DNA of 64,000 bases from Candidatus Freyarchaeum deiterrae (GCA_037305845.1 CP147778.1:2400001-2464000); one strand, 5' to 3'. Positions 19,898-30,909 are shown, counted from the first letter of the stretch. Numbers and translations: made by a program. The notes: generated by a model not told the origin, from the letters alone.

Positions 19898-20848
19898 TCA
19901 CTCCTCTGAATCGTCAATATCTTCTTCCGTAGTGTCAATATCCTCTTTCGCAGCGTTAATATCCTCTTTTGTAGTGCCAATATCTTCTTTCGTAGCGGTA
20001 ATGCCCTCTTTCGTAGCGGTATGCTCTTGGCTGTTCTTTAGGTTATCTACTAAATTTCTAATTCTCCTTCGCGAGGTTTTGGGCAGGTCCCACATCATGG
20101 TCTCCACTTTCTTTATGTAGTCCTCGGCTGTTTCCTTGTCGTTTTCTTTAATATATATTTCAATGGCTTTCACATAGTTGTCTGCGGCTTTCACGGGTTC
20201 CTCTTTCTCTTCGAACATTTCACTTATGCAAACTAGGGTATCTGCGTAACTGACCATATCGTTGATTACTTCAAATTCTTTCAATGCTTTTTTGTAATTT
20301 TCTAAGGCTTCATCGTAATTCTCAAGCTCAAGTTTAGCGTTTCCCAAGTCTAGAAGAACGCTGGCTACTGCTTCATCATTTTTAAGCGCCTTGTATTCTT
20401 TTAATGCCTCATTTAGAAGCTCCATCCCCCTCTCATTTTGTTCGTCTTGTAGATAGGCCAATCCAAGGGCGTAGGTTGTGTCCACGATGGATTCTGGCGT
20501 ATTCTGCTTTTGATAAATCTCGAGTGCCTTTTGCCCATTTTTTATTGCTTCCTGATTTTGCCCCAAGCTTGAAAGCGAAACGCATAAATTGTAAGCGGAA
20601 TCCGCTATTCCTGATTCATCGTTAAGTTTCTCGTAATTTTCTAACGCCATTTTATAAAGTTTTGCAGCCTCTTCATGTCTATCCATCCTTGTTAATACTA
20701 ATCCCTTCTCTATGTAGACCTGAGAAGCTAATTCTACGTTTCCCGACGTTTCAGCGTCTTTTTCTAATTGCGTATAGGCTTCTACTGCTTCCTCTAATTT
20801 ATCCTCCTCCTCTAGCATCCTTGCCTTTTCAATTAACTCTTCAGCCAT
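19898..20848 (-). CDS. TPR-repeat (SNAP-like solenoid) protein with acidic heptad-repeat tail
   Basis: Repeated A..Y..LG..Y......EA...Y.KAL patterns. Confidence 0.8.
   Translation of the reverse strand: MAEELIEKARMLEEEDKLEEAVEAYTQLEKDAETSGNVELASQVYIEKGLVLTRMDRHEEAAKLYKMALENYEKLNDESGIADSAYNLCVSLSSLGQNQEAIKNGQKALEIYQKQNTPESIVDTTYALGLAYLQDEQNERGMELLNEALKEYKALKNDEAVASVLLDLGNAKLELENYDEALENYKKALKEFEVINDMVSYADTLVCISEMFEEKEEPVKAADNYVKAIEIYIKENDKETAEDYIKKVETMMWDLPKTSRRRIRNLVDNLKNSQEHTATKEGITATKEDIGTTKEDINAAKEDIDTTEEDIDDSEE
19910..20018 (-). repeat. About five imperfect 21-bp tandem repeats encoding ATKEGIT/ATKEDIG/TTKEDIN/AAKEDID/TTEEDID
   Basis: Repeated unit like AATATCCTCTTTCGTAGCG on the + strand. 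Confidence 0.8.
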
Positions 20849-21265
20849 TCCTGATATCCTCCAGAATTTCTCCAGTCTAACATTAACTTTTATTTCTTAA
20901 CAATTTTGTAATTAATTCTTTCTATAAACCTAATTGAAGAGATGGTGTAAACTCTTATTTATTTCTTAATTAAATGCCTATAACCTTTTAGCCATGTTTT
21001 TCGCCTTGAACACTTAAACATATTCTCCGCTAAACCCTTTTAGAATTTTCTAGTGATGTAAGATATATTCTTTTTTATCTTCTCTCCTCAAAAAATCCTG
21101 TGTGAAAATATGGATGTGTAATGTCTAGAGAATTAATTTCCTTCAAAATAATATGCGTGGAGAAATCCGCTTGTTTTAGCGTTGAAACGAATAGCTAAGA
21201 GAGGTTTATTGGAAAGAGTAATCTAAGCTAGAGAAGCCCAAATTCTTCTAGGTGCCGTGAGAATA

Positions 21266-21691
21266 TTATACTAGTTCCCTCTCTAGGGATCGTAGTTTAT
21301 TATCCAAGTCTTCAATTTCTTTCTTGCGTATATAATCCTCGATTATTCTATCTGCTTCATGCGAAAAGTTTTCGAATTTCTTCTTGTCCGCGGTTTCTAT
21401 CGTTGGTTGTTTGAAATCTGCCCAGAACTTTATTTCTAGACTGTCTAGAGTTTCTGATACATCATCCTCTTTATCTGTGGATAGGACGAAGACTATGTCT
21501 CTAGATACTTTATATTTGAATAGCGTGTTTTCCAAAGTTATGGAACTTATTGATTCTCCAGAAATACTGCCCGCAAAGGTGTGAATGGCTGACAGCAAAC
21601 TCGATATGTCTGCTGTCTTTTTGGAAATCCCAAAAGACTTCTCAAAAAGGCTTTCACCAGTTCTTTTAATTACCCACAAACCATGAATCAT
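21266..21691 (-). CDS. Longin-domain protein (eukaryotic-signature type)
   Basis: MIHGLWVIKRTGESLFEKSF start; LLSAIHTFA; SITL....F.Y......FVL.TD. Confidence 0.7.
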   Translation of the reverse strand: MIHGLWVIKRTGESLFEKSFGISKKTADISSLLSAIHTFAGSISGESISSITLENTLFKYKVSRDIVFVLSTDKEDDVSETLDSLEIKFWADFKQPTIETADKKKFENFSHEADRIIEDYIRKKEIEDLDNKLRSLERELV

Positions 21692-21729
21692 TAAACTTCA
21701 ACCTCTCCTTTGTTAAAGACACCTAACCA

Positions 21730-24700
21730 TTATTCGCTCACTAAAATTGGGATATTTAGTTTGAAAAATTTCTTGTTCTTGTCTTCATCGAGATAAATCA
21801 GCGTTGGCTGGTAGTTAACCGCTCCTGGTTTGGTTGGCGTGATTTTTATCTTAACCTTTTCCGTTTGCCCTTTTTGCAGCTTTTTTCCGTTTAGTAGTAA
21901 ATGATATTTAGGTTGATTCTTAGGATCCGAACTTTGGGATTCAGTTTGAGCGCTGGATTTAACATCACTTATGAATTCGTCGATTTTGAGGTGTAATGCT
22001 TGTGAGATTTCCTCACTTTTAATCTTGAAATCTGGTGGAATAACATTTTCGATTCTATCCAAGGTCGCTGTCTTTGCGCCAATGTTGGTAATCTCAAAGA
22101 TTATAGTGATTTCCTGTTCTGGTTTAACAACACTATGAGCTATACTATCTATTACACGTAGGATTGCAAATGCATTTTCCAAGGCTTCTTTGGGAATTGA
22201 AACTTTGTAGACGTCTTCCCCCTCGGGAGTTTTGGTACTTTCAACTAAACTTAGATACTCATGTAGCGTTTGGCTTCTTTTTACCTTTTCAAACTCGGAA
22301 GCAACTTCTTCCTTCAAATAGTTGTAGCCTGATTTCTTGAAAATGTCAATAGCATTTTTAAAACTTTTTTCAACCATTGAATAATAACTCATTTTCGTCT
22401 CGCTAACCGACCCTAATTCTAACTCTTTGCTATATCTAATTCCATCCAAATAATTTTTCATTGCTTCCAGATAATCCACATAGTTATTCAGTCCTGCTTC
22501 CTGGAAAAATTTTTGAGCTCTCTCAAAATAGGTTGTGGCGTTTATATACTCTCTCATAGGGTTCTCTGTCGCTTCCTTGCATCTAACTAGGCTTTCCACA
22601 CCGTAGCAAAGGTCTGAATAACCCATTGATACGTTTTTCATCTTCCCACTTGTATAAAGCACTGAACATTCTTGGAATAATTTTGCAGCTTTTTGATAAA
22701 TTTCCAGATCGTTATCTATTTGTGCTTTCTCAAGTTCCAAAAGAGCGCTAATGAAGACTTTTTGAGCGTTTATATCTGCAGGAACTATTGATGACTTGGG
22801 TGGTATTTTTTCCAATTTATCTTTCGCTGTTGTGAAATGAACTATTGCCGCTTCCAGCTTCCCTTCTTTGTCAGAGATAAGCCCTCTCTCAATTTCTGCT
22901 TTTGCTTCAGCAAAGTCTGCAAATATTTTTGTTGTGTTTGAATAGCTTGTATTCTGGAGAAAAGTTTGTGCTGCTGAGCCAAAAAGTTCTGCGGCTTTTT
23001 CCCCTTCTCTCCCCATACTTATTGCTTCTGCTTCTAATAGTTTTGCTCTTGCTGCGAAAAACTTCGCCTCAAATTCTTGTGTTTTCGGGAAGATCGGCAA
23101 TGCTTTGTCATAATATTCCTTAGCCGTTACCCAGTCTTTTTTCTCCGCTTCTTTGGCTAACTCTATATAATACATTGCCTTTGTGAATTTTACATTATCC
23201 TTTAGTTCCGGCTGCTCTGAGGCACCTTGCTCATATTTTTTGGAAGCCTCGAGATAATAATCTGAAGAAATTTTATAATTCCCTTTCCTGTCCTCCAATT
23301 CTGCTAATTTACACAGGGCACCCGAGGATAATTCCATCCAATTAGCGTTAGCGTAGAGCTTTGTGGCATCAGCATAAGAAACCTTAGCCTTTCGATAATA
23401 TTCATCTTGGTTAGACAGGTTCCACAAGTCTTCATATATAAAACCAAGAGAAATTAGGATTTGCGCCGCTCTTAGATCCTCCTTCTGAGACTTGTATCTT
23501 TCAATAGCAGTTTCAGCGAACCCCCTGGCTCTTTCCAAGATTTCAATTTTTTCTTGATCAGTAGCTTCCACTTTTGAGAGAAGAAACGCCGCTCTACTGG
23601 CGATCTCAAGGGCTGGATTTCTCCTGCCCGCTTTTTCAAAATATTCAACTGCTCTCTCCCCGTATCTAAAGGCCCGTGAACTAAGATCTCTGACCTTCTC
23701 CAGATCTTCGGAGGTTAACTCCTTGTTCTCACCTATCGTAGAAGTCACCGAAACGTATTTGGACATGCTTAGATATAGTGTTCCAAGAAATGTGAAATCG
23801 TTTGGTAGTTTCTTAACGTATTCCAATGCTTCGCGTCCTATGGAAGCCCCCTCTCTCAAAATATCACGTTTCACCACTTCACTACGAATAAATTTTGAAT
23901 AATCCGCTATTATTCCGGGTATTTCTGCAAGGACGTTAGCAACAAGCCAAGTTTCTTCAAATATCTTGGCGTACTTAAGGCACTCCCTAAAATTATCATA
24001 TGCAGATTTTAAAATTGCTTCATATTCACTCGGAATCCGAGTTAATTCGAAAAGTTCTTTATTCGTTAACGCAGAAACAAAGTAAGCCTCTGCAATAAGG
24101 CTTTGCTCTCTATCCTTAAGAAAACTAGATAATGCCTGTTCAATCAGCTTTTTTGCACTCTGTAATAAACGGTATCTTTCATCAATATTTTTAACAAGTA
24201 TGCTCTGGCTAAAATCAACCCAAGATTGATTAAAGATCGAAAGTCCTTCAGAGAAAGGTAACTCCTCCTCCCGAGATTTGTTTATATCCTCGCTTATAGA
24301 TGATAATGACATTTTTCTGTTTTCATCGGGTTCATGTGATATCATAACACTTGCGATTTTTGCCTTATTAATTAAGCTTGAAAAACAAAGTGAAGGTCTT
24401 TCCTTATTGGCGGTTTGAAAAAACTGTTTTGAGTTATCAAAGTTAATAACTGCACTATTTAGAATTTCTTCACGTTTTTCATCACCCTCAATGTGGATAT
24501 AGTTTCGCAGTTTGGCAATGCCTGACCAATACTCAACAATTCCTGCCTTTTCAAAATTCTCATATTTCTGATAAATCGTAGAACACTTTTCCAATCCCTC
24601 AAAAATGCCGTTTAGCTTGCTCATTTTTTTGGTTAAATCCTGTTCTTCAAACGAATTAGCGAGGTCTGATAAAATCAGAGAACTATCGATGATTGCTCCT

Positions 24701-25014
24701 CTGATATCCGGTTTTATAACCTCCACATCAAGTTTGATGTAAATTTTTCTAGTTGATTCCCAGAAATCTCTAGCGTTTTTTAATAATTTCTTAAAAGCAT
24801 CAATGTTCTCTGCTCTACTAGTCTGTAAAAGACTGCAGTGCCCCGCAAGATAGTCTGCTTCTGCTTCAATCAGTTTACCATTTAGGGCGGCATAGAGTTC
24901 ACTCGCTTCCGCATAGTTTTCAACCGCACTGACATAACTTCCCTTTTTTTCAGATTCGTATGCTAGTGCAAAAGCTTTTTCCGCTCTCTCGAGACTAGGC
25001 TTTTTAACAGGCAA
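21730..25014 (-). CDS. Large alpha-solenoid (TPR-like) protein with C-terminal Ig-like beta-sandwich
   Basis: ~930 aa of helical repeats, then ITIIFEITNIG..ATL..IENVIP..F and L..GQ..KVKIKITP.KPG..NYQP.LIY.D. Confidence 0.7.
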   Translation of the reverse strand: MPVKKPSLERAEKAFALAYESEKKGSYVSAVENYAEASELYAALNGKLIEAEADYLAGHCSLLQTSRAENIDAFKKLLKNARDFWESTRKIYIKLDVEVIKPDIRGAIIDSSLILSDLANSFEEQDLTKKMSKLNGIFEGLEKCSTIYQKYENFEKAGIVEYWSGIAKLRNYIHIEGDEKREEILNSAVINFDNSKQFFQTANKERPSLCFSSLINKAKIASVMISHEPDENRKMSLSSISEDINKSREEELPFSEGLSIFNQSWVDFSQSILVKNIDERYRLLQSAKKLIEQALSSFLKDREQSLIAEAYFVSALTNKELFELTRIPSEYEAILKSAYDNFRECLKYAKIFEETWLVANVLAEIPGIIADYSKFIRSEVVKRDILREGASIGREALEYVKKLPNDFTFLGTLYLSMSKYVSVTSTIGENKELTSEDLEKVRDLSSRAFRYGERAVEYFEKAGRRNPALEIASRAAFLLSKVEATDQEKIEILERARGFAETAIERYKSQKEDLRAAQILISLGFIYEDLWNLSNQDEYYRKAKVSYADATKLYANANWMELSSGALCKLAELEDRKGNYKISSDYYLEASKKYEQGASEQPELKDNVKFTKAMYYIELAKEAEKKDWVTAKEYYDKALPIFPKTQEFEAKFFAARAKLLEAEAISMGREGEKAAELFGSAAQTFLQNTSYSNTTKIFADFAEAKAEIERGLISDKEGKLEAAIVHFTTAKDKLEKIPPKSSIVPADINAQKVFISALLELEKAQIDNDLEIYQKAAKLFQECSVLYTSGKMKNVSMGYSDLCYGVESLVRCKEATENPMREYINATTYFERAQKFFQEAGLNNYVDYLEAMKNYLDGIRYSKELELGSVSETKMSYYSMVEKSFKNAIDIFKKSGYNYLKEEVASEFEKVKRSQTLHEYLSLVESTKTPEGEDVYKVSIPKEALENAFAILRVIDSIAHSVVKPEQEITIIFEITNIGAKTATLDRIENVIPPDFKIKSEEISQALHLKIDEFISDVKSSAQTESQSSDPKNQPKYHLLLNGKKLQKGQTEKVKIKITPTKPGAVNYQPTLIYLDEDKNKKFFKLNIPILVSE

Positions 25015-25584
25015 CTTCCAACCCTCATTAAAGCATTATAAATCAGATAATGAACCGCTACAACCGAGTAATAGACCTTATGAAGATTATTATTACTTTT
25101 CTCCCTAACTTTGGCTATTTGCTAACTTGTTTCTCAGCGTATTTTAAAATATTAATAAAATGCGCAATATTGGCAAATAAATTTGTACTGCCTGAAACTA
25201 TATAAACTAATTGCTTTACAAAATCTAATTAACTCTTTTTCTATGAGAACTTACCCATTCTCGGAGCGGAACGATGAACTTTAATCCACATTTCAACATT
25301 ACCCTCTCATAAAAACTACAACTATTCCTGTATTCTTCACACTTCGTGATGAATACACTCAAGAATCTAGCTGGAAACAAGCAACTAAAGTCTACAAGGA
25401 AGAAGCTAAGATACTATATCAAGTAGACCTTCGTGATTTTAAACGCTGGTTTTTATCCCAATCAGATTGCTTAGTATTTGATTTAAGAATTACACCGAAA
25501 GAAAGCCCGCTTACAGGGTGAATTTCTCCAAACGAGTATATTAAACTAGAGTATTCCAATTCTAGTCTTGGTGGGGAATGTAAG

Positions 25585-26832
25585 CTATACTGCGTACGAG
25601 TTCACAGTTTTTTTAATAACTCTGCTTAGGACTTTTTCAATCTGTTCTATGTTCGCGTCTACCTGAATCGCTTCCTCACAGGATTTAATTGCGGTATCTG
25701 GATCTTTCAGACCGTGTCCCGTGGTGACACAAACTACTCTCTCGTCTCTCTCAATTTTTCCATCCTCGATCAATTTTTTTAAACCGGCTATTGAAGACGC
25801 CGAGGCTGGTTCCACGAAAATTCCTTCAGTTCTAGCCAGAGTCTTTTGAGCCTCAAGAATCTCTTCATCACTCACCGTTTCAGCCATACCGCTTGACCCG
25901 TAAATTGCTCGAAGGGCTTTTTCCCAGTTTACGGGTTTTCCTATTCTTATAGCCGTAGCTACTGTTTCTGGTTTCTCAACAAAAGTAACTTTTTTTTCTC
26001 CTCTCTTGTAAGCGTTAGCAATTGGTGCCGACCCCTCAGCTTGTATACCTATCATTCTGGGAATTTTGTTTATCAGTCCAATTCCTTTCCATTCCAATAG
26101 TCCTTTGTAGATTGCGCTTATGTTTCCCGCGTTCCCTATAGGGAGAATAATGGCATCTGGAACATCCCAGTTTAATTGGTCGATTATCTCGTATCCAATT
26201 GTTTTTTGTCCCTCGAGGCGGTATGGATTCAGACTGTTGAGCAGATACATGTGGAACCTTTCACACGATTCTTGAACTAGTTCCAAGGCTTCATCAAAGT
26301 TCCCTTTAATAGCTAGGACAATGGCCCCGTACATCATTGCTTGTGCTAGTTTCCCTAAAGCTATCTTTCCTGAGGGGATAAACACCACGCATGTCATTTT
26401 AGCCTTAGCGGCATAAGCTGCCAGTGAAGCAGATGTATTACCGGTTGACGCGCACGCTACTATGCTGTTTTCCAAGCTCTTTGCTACGGAAACGCCAACG
26501 GTCATTCCTCTGTCCTTAAAGCTTCCCGTGGGATTCTCTCCCTCATTCTTTGCCCAAAGATTATCTATTCCTAACTTGTAAGCCAAGTTAGTGCAGTGGT
26601 AGAGGTTTGTTTTTCCCTCGTTGAGACTTATCACTTGCTCCAGTTTGGGTAAGAAGGGAGAGTACTTCCATACCGAGATTGGTTTTTCCTTCCAATCTCC
26701 TTCTAGGGCGTCTTCCAGATTACTGTACTTCACGTCTAAAAGATGCCCACATTTTTCGCACACGTATATCATTTTTCTAGCATCAAACTTTGTATGACAG
26801 CTTATACACTCTAACCATGAGTCAGAAACCAT
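25585..26832 (-). CDS. thrC: Threonine synthase
   Basis: NPTGSFKDRG, CASTGNT, NSLNPYRLEGQKT, TGHGLKD. Confidence 0.96.
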   Translation of the reverse strand: MVSDSWLECISCHTKFDARKMIYVCEKCGHLLDVKYSNLEDALEGDWKEKPISVWKYSPFLPKLEQVISLNEGKTNLYHCTNLAYKLGIDNLWAKNEGENPTGSFKDRGMTVGVSVAKSLENSIVACASTGNTSASLAAYAAKAKMTCVVFIPSGKIALGKLAQAMMYGAIVLAIKGNFDEALELVQESCERFHMYLLNSLNPYRLEGQKTIGYEIIDQLNWDVPDAIILPIGNAGNISAIYKGLLEWKGIGLINKIPRMIGIQAEGSAPIANAYKRGEKKVTFVEKPETVATAIRIGKPVNWEKALRAIYGSSGMAETVSDEEILEAQKTLARTEGIFVEPASASSIAGLKKLIEDGKIERDERVVCVTTGHGLKDPDTAIKSCEEAIQVDANIEQIEKVLSRVIKKTVNSYAV

Positions 26833-26853
26833 AGAAGTTTCAACCTCTTTCTG

Positions 26854-27867
26854 TTACTTGCTATCCGCTCTAATTTTGTTAATGTAGAGGATGTCTCCTA
26901 AAATCGCGCTGGAAGTTTCCCTGGGTCCGGCGCCTCTGCCAATAAAAGTAATATCATTGGCAACATCGGTTTCAAAAGTGACTACGTTGAGCGTGCCTCC
27001 AACCGCTAGGGGTGAACTTTTGGGGATGAGGCGTGGCATAACGTCTATTCTATTTTGGTCCACGTATCCTATGTGCTTAACTAGATATCCGTCCTCCATT
27101 GCTAGTTCAATCACTTCCGGGGTTATCTTGGATATGCCTTCGATTCTAACATCTTTGAGTTTTTTCTTAATTCTGAGAATACCGTTGGCTAGGATTACCA
27201 GTTTGGAGGCTGCATCGATGCCTTCTACGTCATACGTGGGGTCCGCCTCTGCGTATCCCTTCTCTTGAGCCTCTCTGAGCGCTGCATTAAACGAAATTTT
27301 TTCATCGGTCATCCTTGTAAGAATATAGTTTGAAGTTCCGTTTAAAATCCCGGTTATAGATGTCACCTTATTAACTAAGAGTGCTTCTCTTGCCGCATAG
27401 AATATAGGGATGGCTCCTCCAACAGTAGCCTCATATAACAGCATCCTCCCCTTTTTCTCTGCCAAATCCATTAGCTCGGGGAAGGCAATAACTAAAGGTC
27501 CCTTGTTGGAAGTAACCACATCCTTGCCACTATTCAGGGCTTCCTTAAAATGGGTTAGACCCGGCTCGCCATCTTTAATGTTTGTAACAGTCATTTCTAC
27601 GATCAGTTCACAATCAAAGTCTGGAATCAATTCCTTAGCGTTAGCACCTTCAACCCATGATGGAGAGGATTCCCCTTCTGAAAGAATTTCTTGAAGATTT
27701 AATCCCTCGTCATCGATCCAGCTTCCATTTTTTTCGAATATGCCTACAACCGTTGGTTCGAAGCCAATTTTTTGGAAGAGTTCCCTTTTTTCTAGCATGA
27801 CTCTGGCAACAGCTTTACCTACATTTCCGAATCCGACGAATGCCATTTTCAACTTTCTCAACTCCAT
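26854..27867 (-). CDS. hom: Homoserine dehydrogenase
   Basis: GFGNVG, VVTSNKG, EATVGGAIP, GYAEADP..DVEGID, GRGAG. Confidence 0.96.
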   Translation of the reverse strand: MELRKLKMAFVGFGNVGKAVARVMLEKRELFQKIGFEPTVVGIFEKNGSWIDDEGLNLQEILSEGESSPSWVEGANAKELIPDFDCELIVEMTVTNIKDGEPGLTHFKEALNSGKDVVTSNKGPLVIAFPELMDLAEKKGRMLLYEATVGGAIPIFYAAREALLVNKVTSITGILNGTSNYILTRMTDEKISFNAALREAQEKGYAEADPTYDVEGIDAASKLVILANGILRIKKKLKDVRIEGISKITPEVIELAMEDGYLVKHIGYVDQNRIDVMPRLIPKSSPLAVGGTLNVVTFETDVANDITFIGRGAGPRETSSAILGDILYINKIRADSK

Positions 27868-28343
27868 ATCACAAAGAGGTCCTTTTTCGCCCCAACTTCT
27901 CTTATGATTGCAACCGTTTCATCTAATTTTTCCTCGTTTTCCGCTTCGATCTTGAACTTTACAGTTGAAACTTCCTCTGGTCGTTTTATACGGGCTGTTA
28001 CCTCCTTGACAGTTGCATGGGTTTCTAAAATTCTATCTATGGTATCCTTAATATTTGTGGCAAAAACATGCCCTACAAGAATCACCGTCTTTTTAGACAT
28101 AGCCCTTATGGGTTCCGCTCTAATTACTGAAACGTTTTGCCTCTTCAGTTCCTGAATTATGTTTTTCAGTTCTTCCTCTTTATCGAGGTCAAAAGTTATC
28201 ACCACAGGTACCCTGTTTTCCCTTCTCTGGTCTCTTAGGTGATCTATCTCTCTAATGTTGCCTCCGAAATTTGAAACCGGTTCTATAGCTTTAATTAGCT
28301 GACCTGGTTCATCCAAAAGTTCTATTTCCAACTTCATTTTCAT
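27858..28343 (-). CDS. ACT-domain protein (regulatory partner of homoserine dehydrogenase)
   Basis: ELLDEPGQL....PVS.FGGNI; ILVGHV...IKDTIDRI; overlaps hom start. Confidence 0.85.
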   Translation of the reverse strand: MKMKLEIELLDEPGQLIKAIEPVSNFGGNIREIDHLRDQRRENRVPVVITFDLDKEEELKNIIQELKRQNVSVIRAEPIRAMSKKTVILVGHVFATNIKDTIDRILETHATVKEVTARIKRPEEVSTVKFKIEAENEEKLDETVAIIREVGAKKDLFVIWS

Positions 28344-28382
28344 AAAATAAACCTCCCAAAAACTAGGATTAGAGGTTTAGTG

Positions 28383-29801
28383 TTATTCTTCGTCCTCACC
28401 TAAATTAAATTCTTGGTGAATCGCTTGAACCGCTTTTTGGAGATCCTCCCTCGAAACCACTAGTGAAACATTTAGCTCACTGCTTCCCTGCGCGATTGCC
28501 CTTATGTTAACTCTGGCATTTCCCAGCGCTGAAAAGATTCTCCCCGCAACTCCGCATGTGTTTTTCATGCCTGCTCCGACAATGCTTAATAAGCTTACAT
28601 CGTCCTCCATTTCTATGTTAACCCACTCTTTTCCGAAAAAGGGTGACCAGTTAAGCGACTTAATTGCCTTATCCTTATCCTCATCGCTCACAAGGAATGT
28701 GATGTTATTCTCAGACGAAGATTGGGATATCATTATTACATTGACGTTATTTTTACCCATTAAATCAAAAAGTTTTGCAGCGGTCCCTGGTCTAGACACC
28801 ATTGCCTCTCCTTCAACAGTAATCATGTTAACATTTTTCGTTTCCGCGATTGCCTTAACTACGCTCTCCTTTGTTTTTATACCCTTAGATATTCTGGTGT
28901 ATCGGTCTGGGTTAAAATTCTCAAAGTTTCGAATTTCCACTGGAATCTCTTTTCTCTCAACCGGAAATACGCATAATGGGTGAAGCAACTTGGCTCCGAA
29001 GAAAGCCAGTTCTTTTGCTTCAGAATATGATATGTCTTTTATAAGATGTGCACTGGGTTCTAGTTTGGGATTGGCGGTGAGTAATCCATCCACGTCTTTC
29101 CAGAGTATTACCTTCACTTCATTGTTTCCGTTGCTTAGACAATAAGCTAGTATCGTCGCGGTAAAATCACTTCCGCCTCTACCCAATAAGGTTACATTTC
29201 CCTGAACGTCTCTACCAAAAAACCCGGTTACAACAGGTATCTTGCCCTCAGAGAGAAGCGGTACTATTATCTCGTTTATCCTTTGCTCCGTTCTGTCTAG
29301 AATGGGAAGAGCGTTTTGCGTTTCATTTGTAGTAAATATCAAGTCATAAGAACTTACGTAAACCGTCCTGAAACCCTCTGATTCCAAATATCTCTGAAGA
29401 ATAATTGTCGAAAGTCTCTCACCAAAGCTAGAAACTAAATCCAATTTTTCAGGCTTTAAACCGTAATCCCAAATATCCTTCAAAGCAGCTTCAAGTTTAC
29501 TTATCTCTGTCTGAATTTCATCTAAAGCCGTTTCCTTGAGACCATTTCCTATAACTTTCTCCACTAGTGATGTGTGTTTGTCGGCTATGCAGTCAAGTTC
29601 TTTATCGAAGTCTACATCATGTTTCTCAGTGGTTTTCGCCAAATCTATAAGGTTGTTTGTAACTCCATAAAGAGCCGAGGAAACTAGTATCAACTCTTTT
29701 TGAGAATACCCTTTTAAAATGTCAGAAATTCGATGGAACGATTCCAAGTCTCTAAGACAACTACCACCGAATTTCATCACTATTCTGTTTCCAATTTTCA
29801 A
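28383..29801 (-). CDS. lysC: Aspartate kinase
   Basis: VMKFGGS, SFGERLS, TLLGRGGSD, WKDVDG, two ACT domains. Confidence 0.95.
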   Translation of the reverse strand: MKIGNRIVMKFGGSCLRDLESFHRISDILKGYSQKELILVSSALYGVTNNLIDLAKTTEKHDVDFDKELDCIADKHTSLVEKVIGNGLKETALDEIQTEISKLEAALKDIWDYGLKPEKLDLVSSFGERLSTIILQRYLESEGFRTVYVSSYDLIFTTNETQNALPILDRTEQRINEIIVPLLSEGKIPVVTGFFGRDVQGNVTLLGRGGSDFTATILAYCLSNGNNEVKVILWKDVDGLLTANPKLEPSAHLIKDISYSEAKELAFFGAKLLHPLCVFPVERKEIPVEIRNFENFNPDRYTRISKGIKTKESVVKAIAETKNVNMITVEGEAMVSRPGTAAKLFDLMGKNNVNVIMISQSSSENNITFLVSDEDKDKAIKSLNWSPFFGKEWVNIEMEDDVSLLSIVGAGMKNTCGVAGRIFSALGNARVNIRAIAQGSSELNVSLVVSREDLQKAVQAIHQEFNLGEDEE

Positions 29802-29954
29802 TCCACCTTAAAAATAATTGAAGAAGACAGTTATACTCATCGGATATAAAATTTTTGTTAAGAGTATGTTGCGCCTCCTAATAAATGTATTTTTCAAAAA
29901 TTTAGTTGGAAAGCTAACCACTTTGTTTGGGGGTTAGTTTAAGCGATTGAGGTT

Positions 29955-30587
29955 TCAATCTGCTGTGAATGTTATCCAATTCTGGGATGCTGCAAAATTA
30001 ATTATTTTCTCTACTAGGCTTTGATCTAATTCCAGAATACTGGCAATCTGTTTTATTCGGCAGTTTCCCTCAGAAATCAATACTACATCTATTCCCTGAT
30101 TGCCGAATCTTTTCAGAATTTCCTTCCTTTCGTAAGCGCTGGGCGATAAAAATCTTGAGGTTTCCAAAACTCTTTTGGGCTTCTTCCTAAGTACTTCTTC
30201 TCTTTCACATTTTCCAATTTGCTCATTAACAAAAAATTGGAATTCCTCTAACTCTTGTGAAGCAATTCCATTTAGCAAATCACCCAGAAGAAAAAACTTA
30301 TCCTTAAAGGTTTTAGCGAAGAATGTTCCAATATCTAAAAGCTCATTCCTAAACTCCATCCTAACATCAGTAGCAGCAATAAAAAGAATTCTCATAATTT
30401 CCTCTATGGTAAACTTTATGTCGGAAAGAACTATTTGAAACGATTTATCACCATTTTTAGAAAAAATAGTTAAAGCCGCGTTCATCAGACTCGGAAACGC
30501 ACTACTCGGAACAGAGGGGTCACAAAAATTTTTAGAAAAAAGAGTTTTCCCAGTATGGTCTTTGACGTAAACACCATAAACAACCAA
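29955..30587 (-). CDS. Longin-like domain fused to a C-terminal winged helix
   Basis: VYGVYVKDHTGKTLFSKNF start (TTG 30587 after GGAGG); C-terminal IKQIASILELDQSLV..I......WI. Confidence 0.55.
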   Translation of the reverse strand: MVVYGVYVKDHTGKTLFSKNFCDPSVPSSAFPSLMNAALTIFSKNGDKSFQIVLSDIKFTIEEIMRILFIAATDVRMEFRNELLDIGTFFAKTFKDKFFLLGDLLNGIASQELEEFQFFVNEQIGKCEREEVLRKKPKRVLETSRFLSPSAYERKEILKRFGNQGIDVVLISEGNCRIKQIASILELDQSLVEKIINFAASQNWITFTAD

Positions 30588-30909
30588 TATGGAATACCTC
30601 CTCTGCTTATCAAACTCTACATTTAATAATTCTCGCTTTCCTTTTCCGAGTCCGCGTTCTATAAAATAGGTCACTTGAAGTGTCGTACCTTTAATTTTAT
30701 ATACACCAAGTGAGTTTATTAATTTATCTTAGTACTTACAAAAAAATTTTTAAAAAGAGTAATACGAAAAATACTATTCTTGACTAATATTAATATACTT
30801 CAACTGAGCTTTTTATTACGTTAGAAAAACTTGTATATTCTCAAAAACATAGTAATAAACAAGAACCATAAAAGAGCACAATAATAATTTATTAACTTCC
30901 GGCAAGTGG

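Noticed and set aside
25243-25521. ~90-codon + strand frame with internal TAA at 25282
   Set aside because: No recognisable family and no BHB around the stop; may be a gene relic or chance
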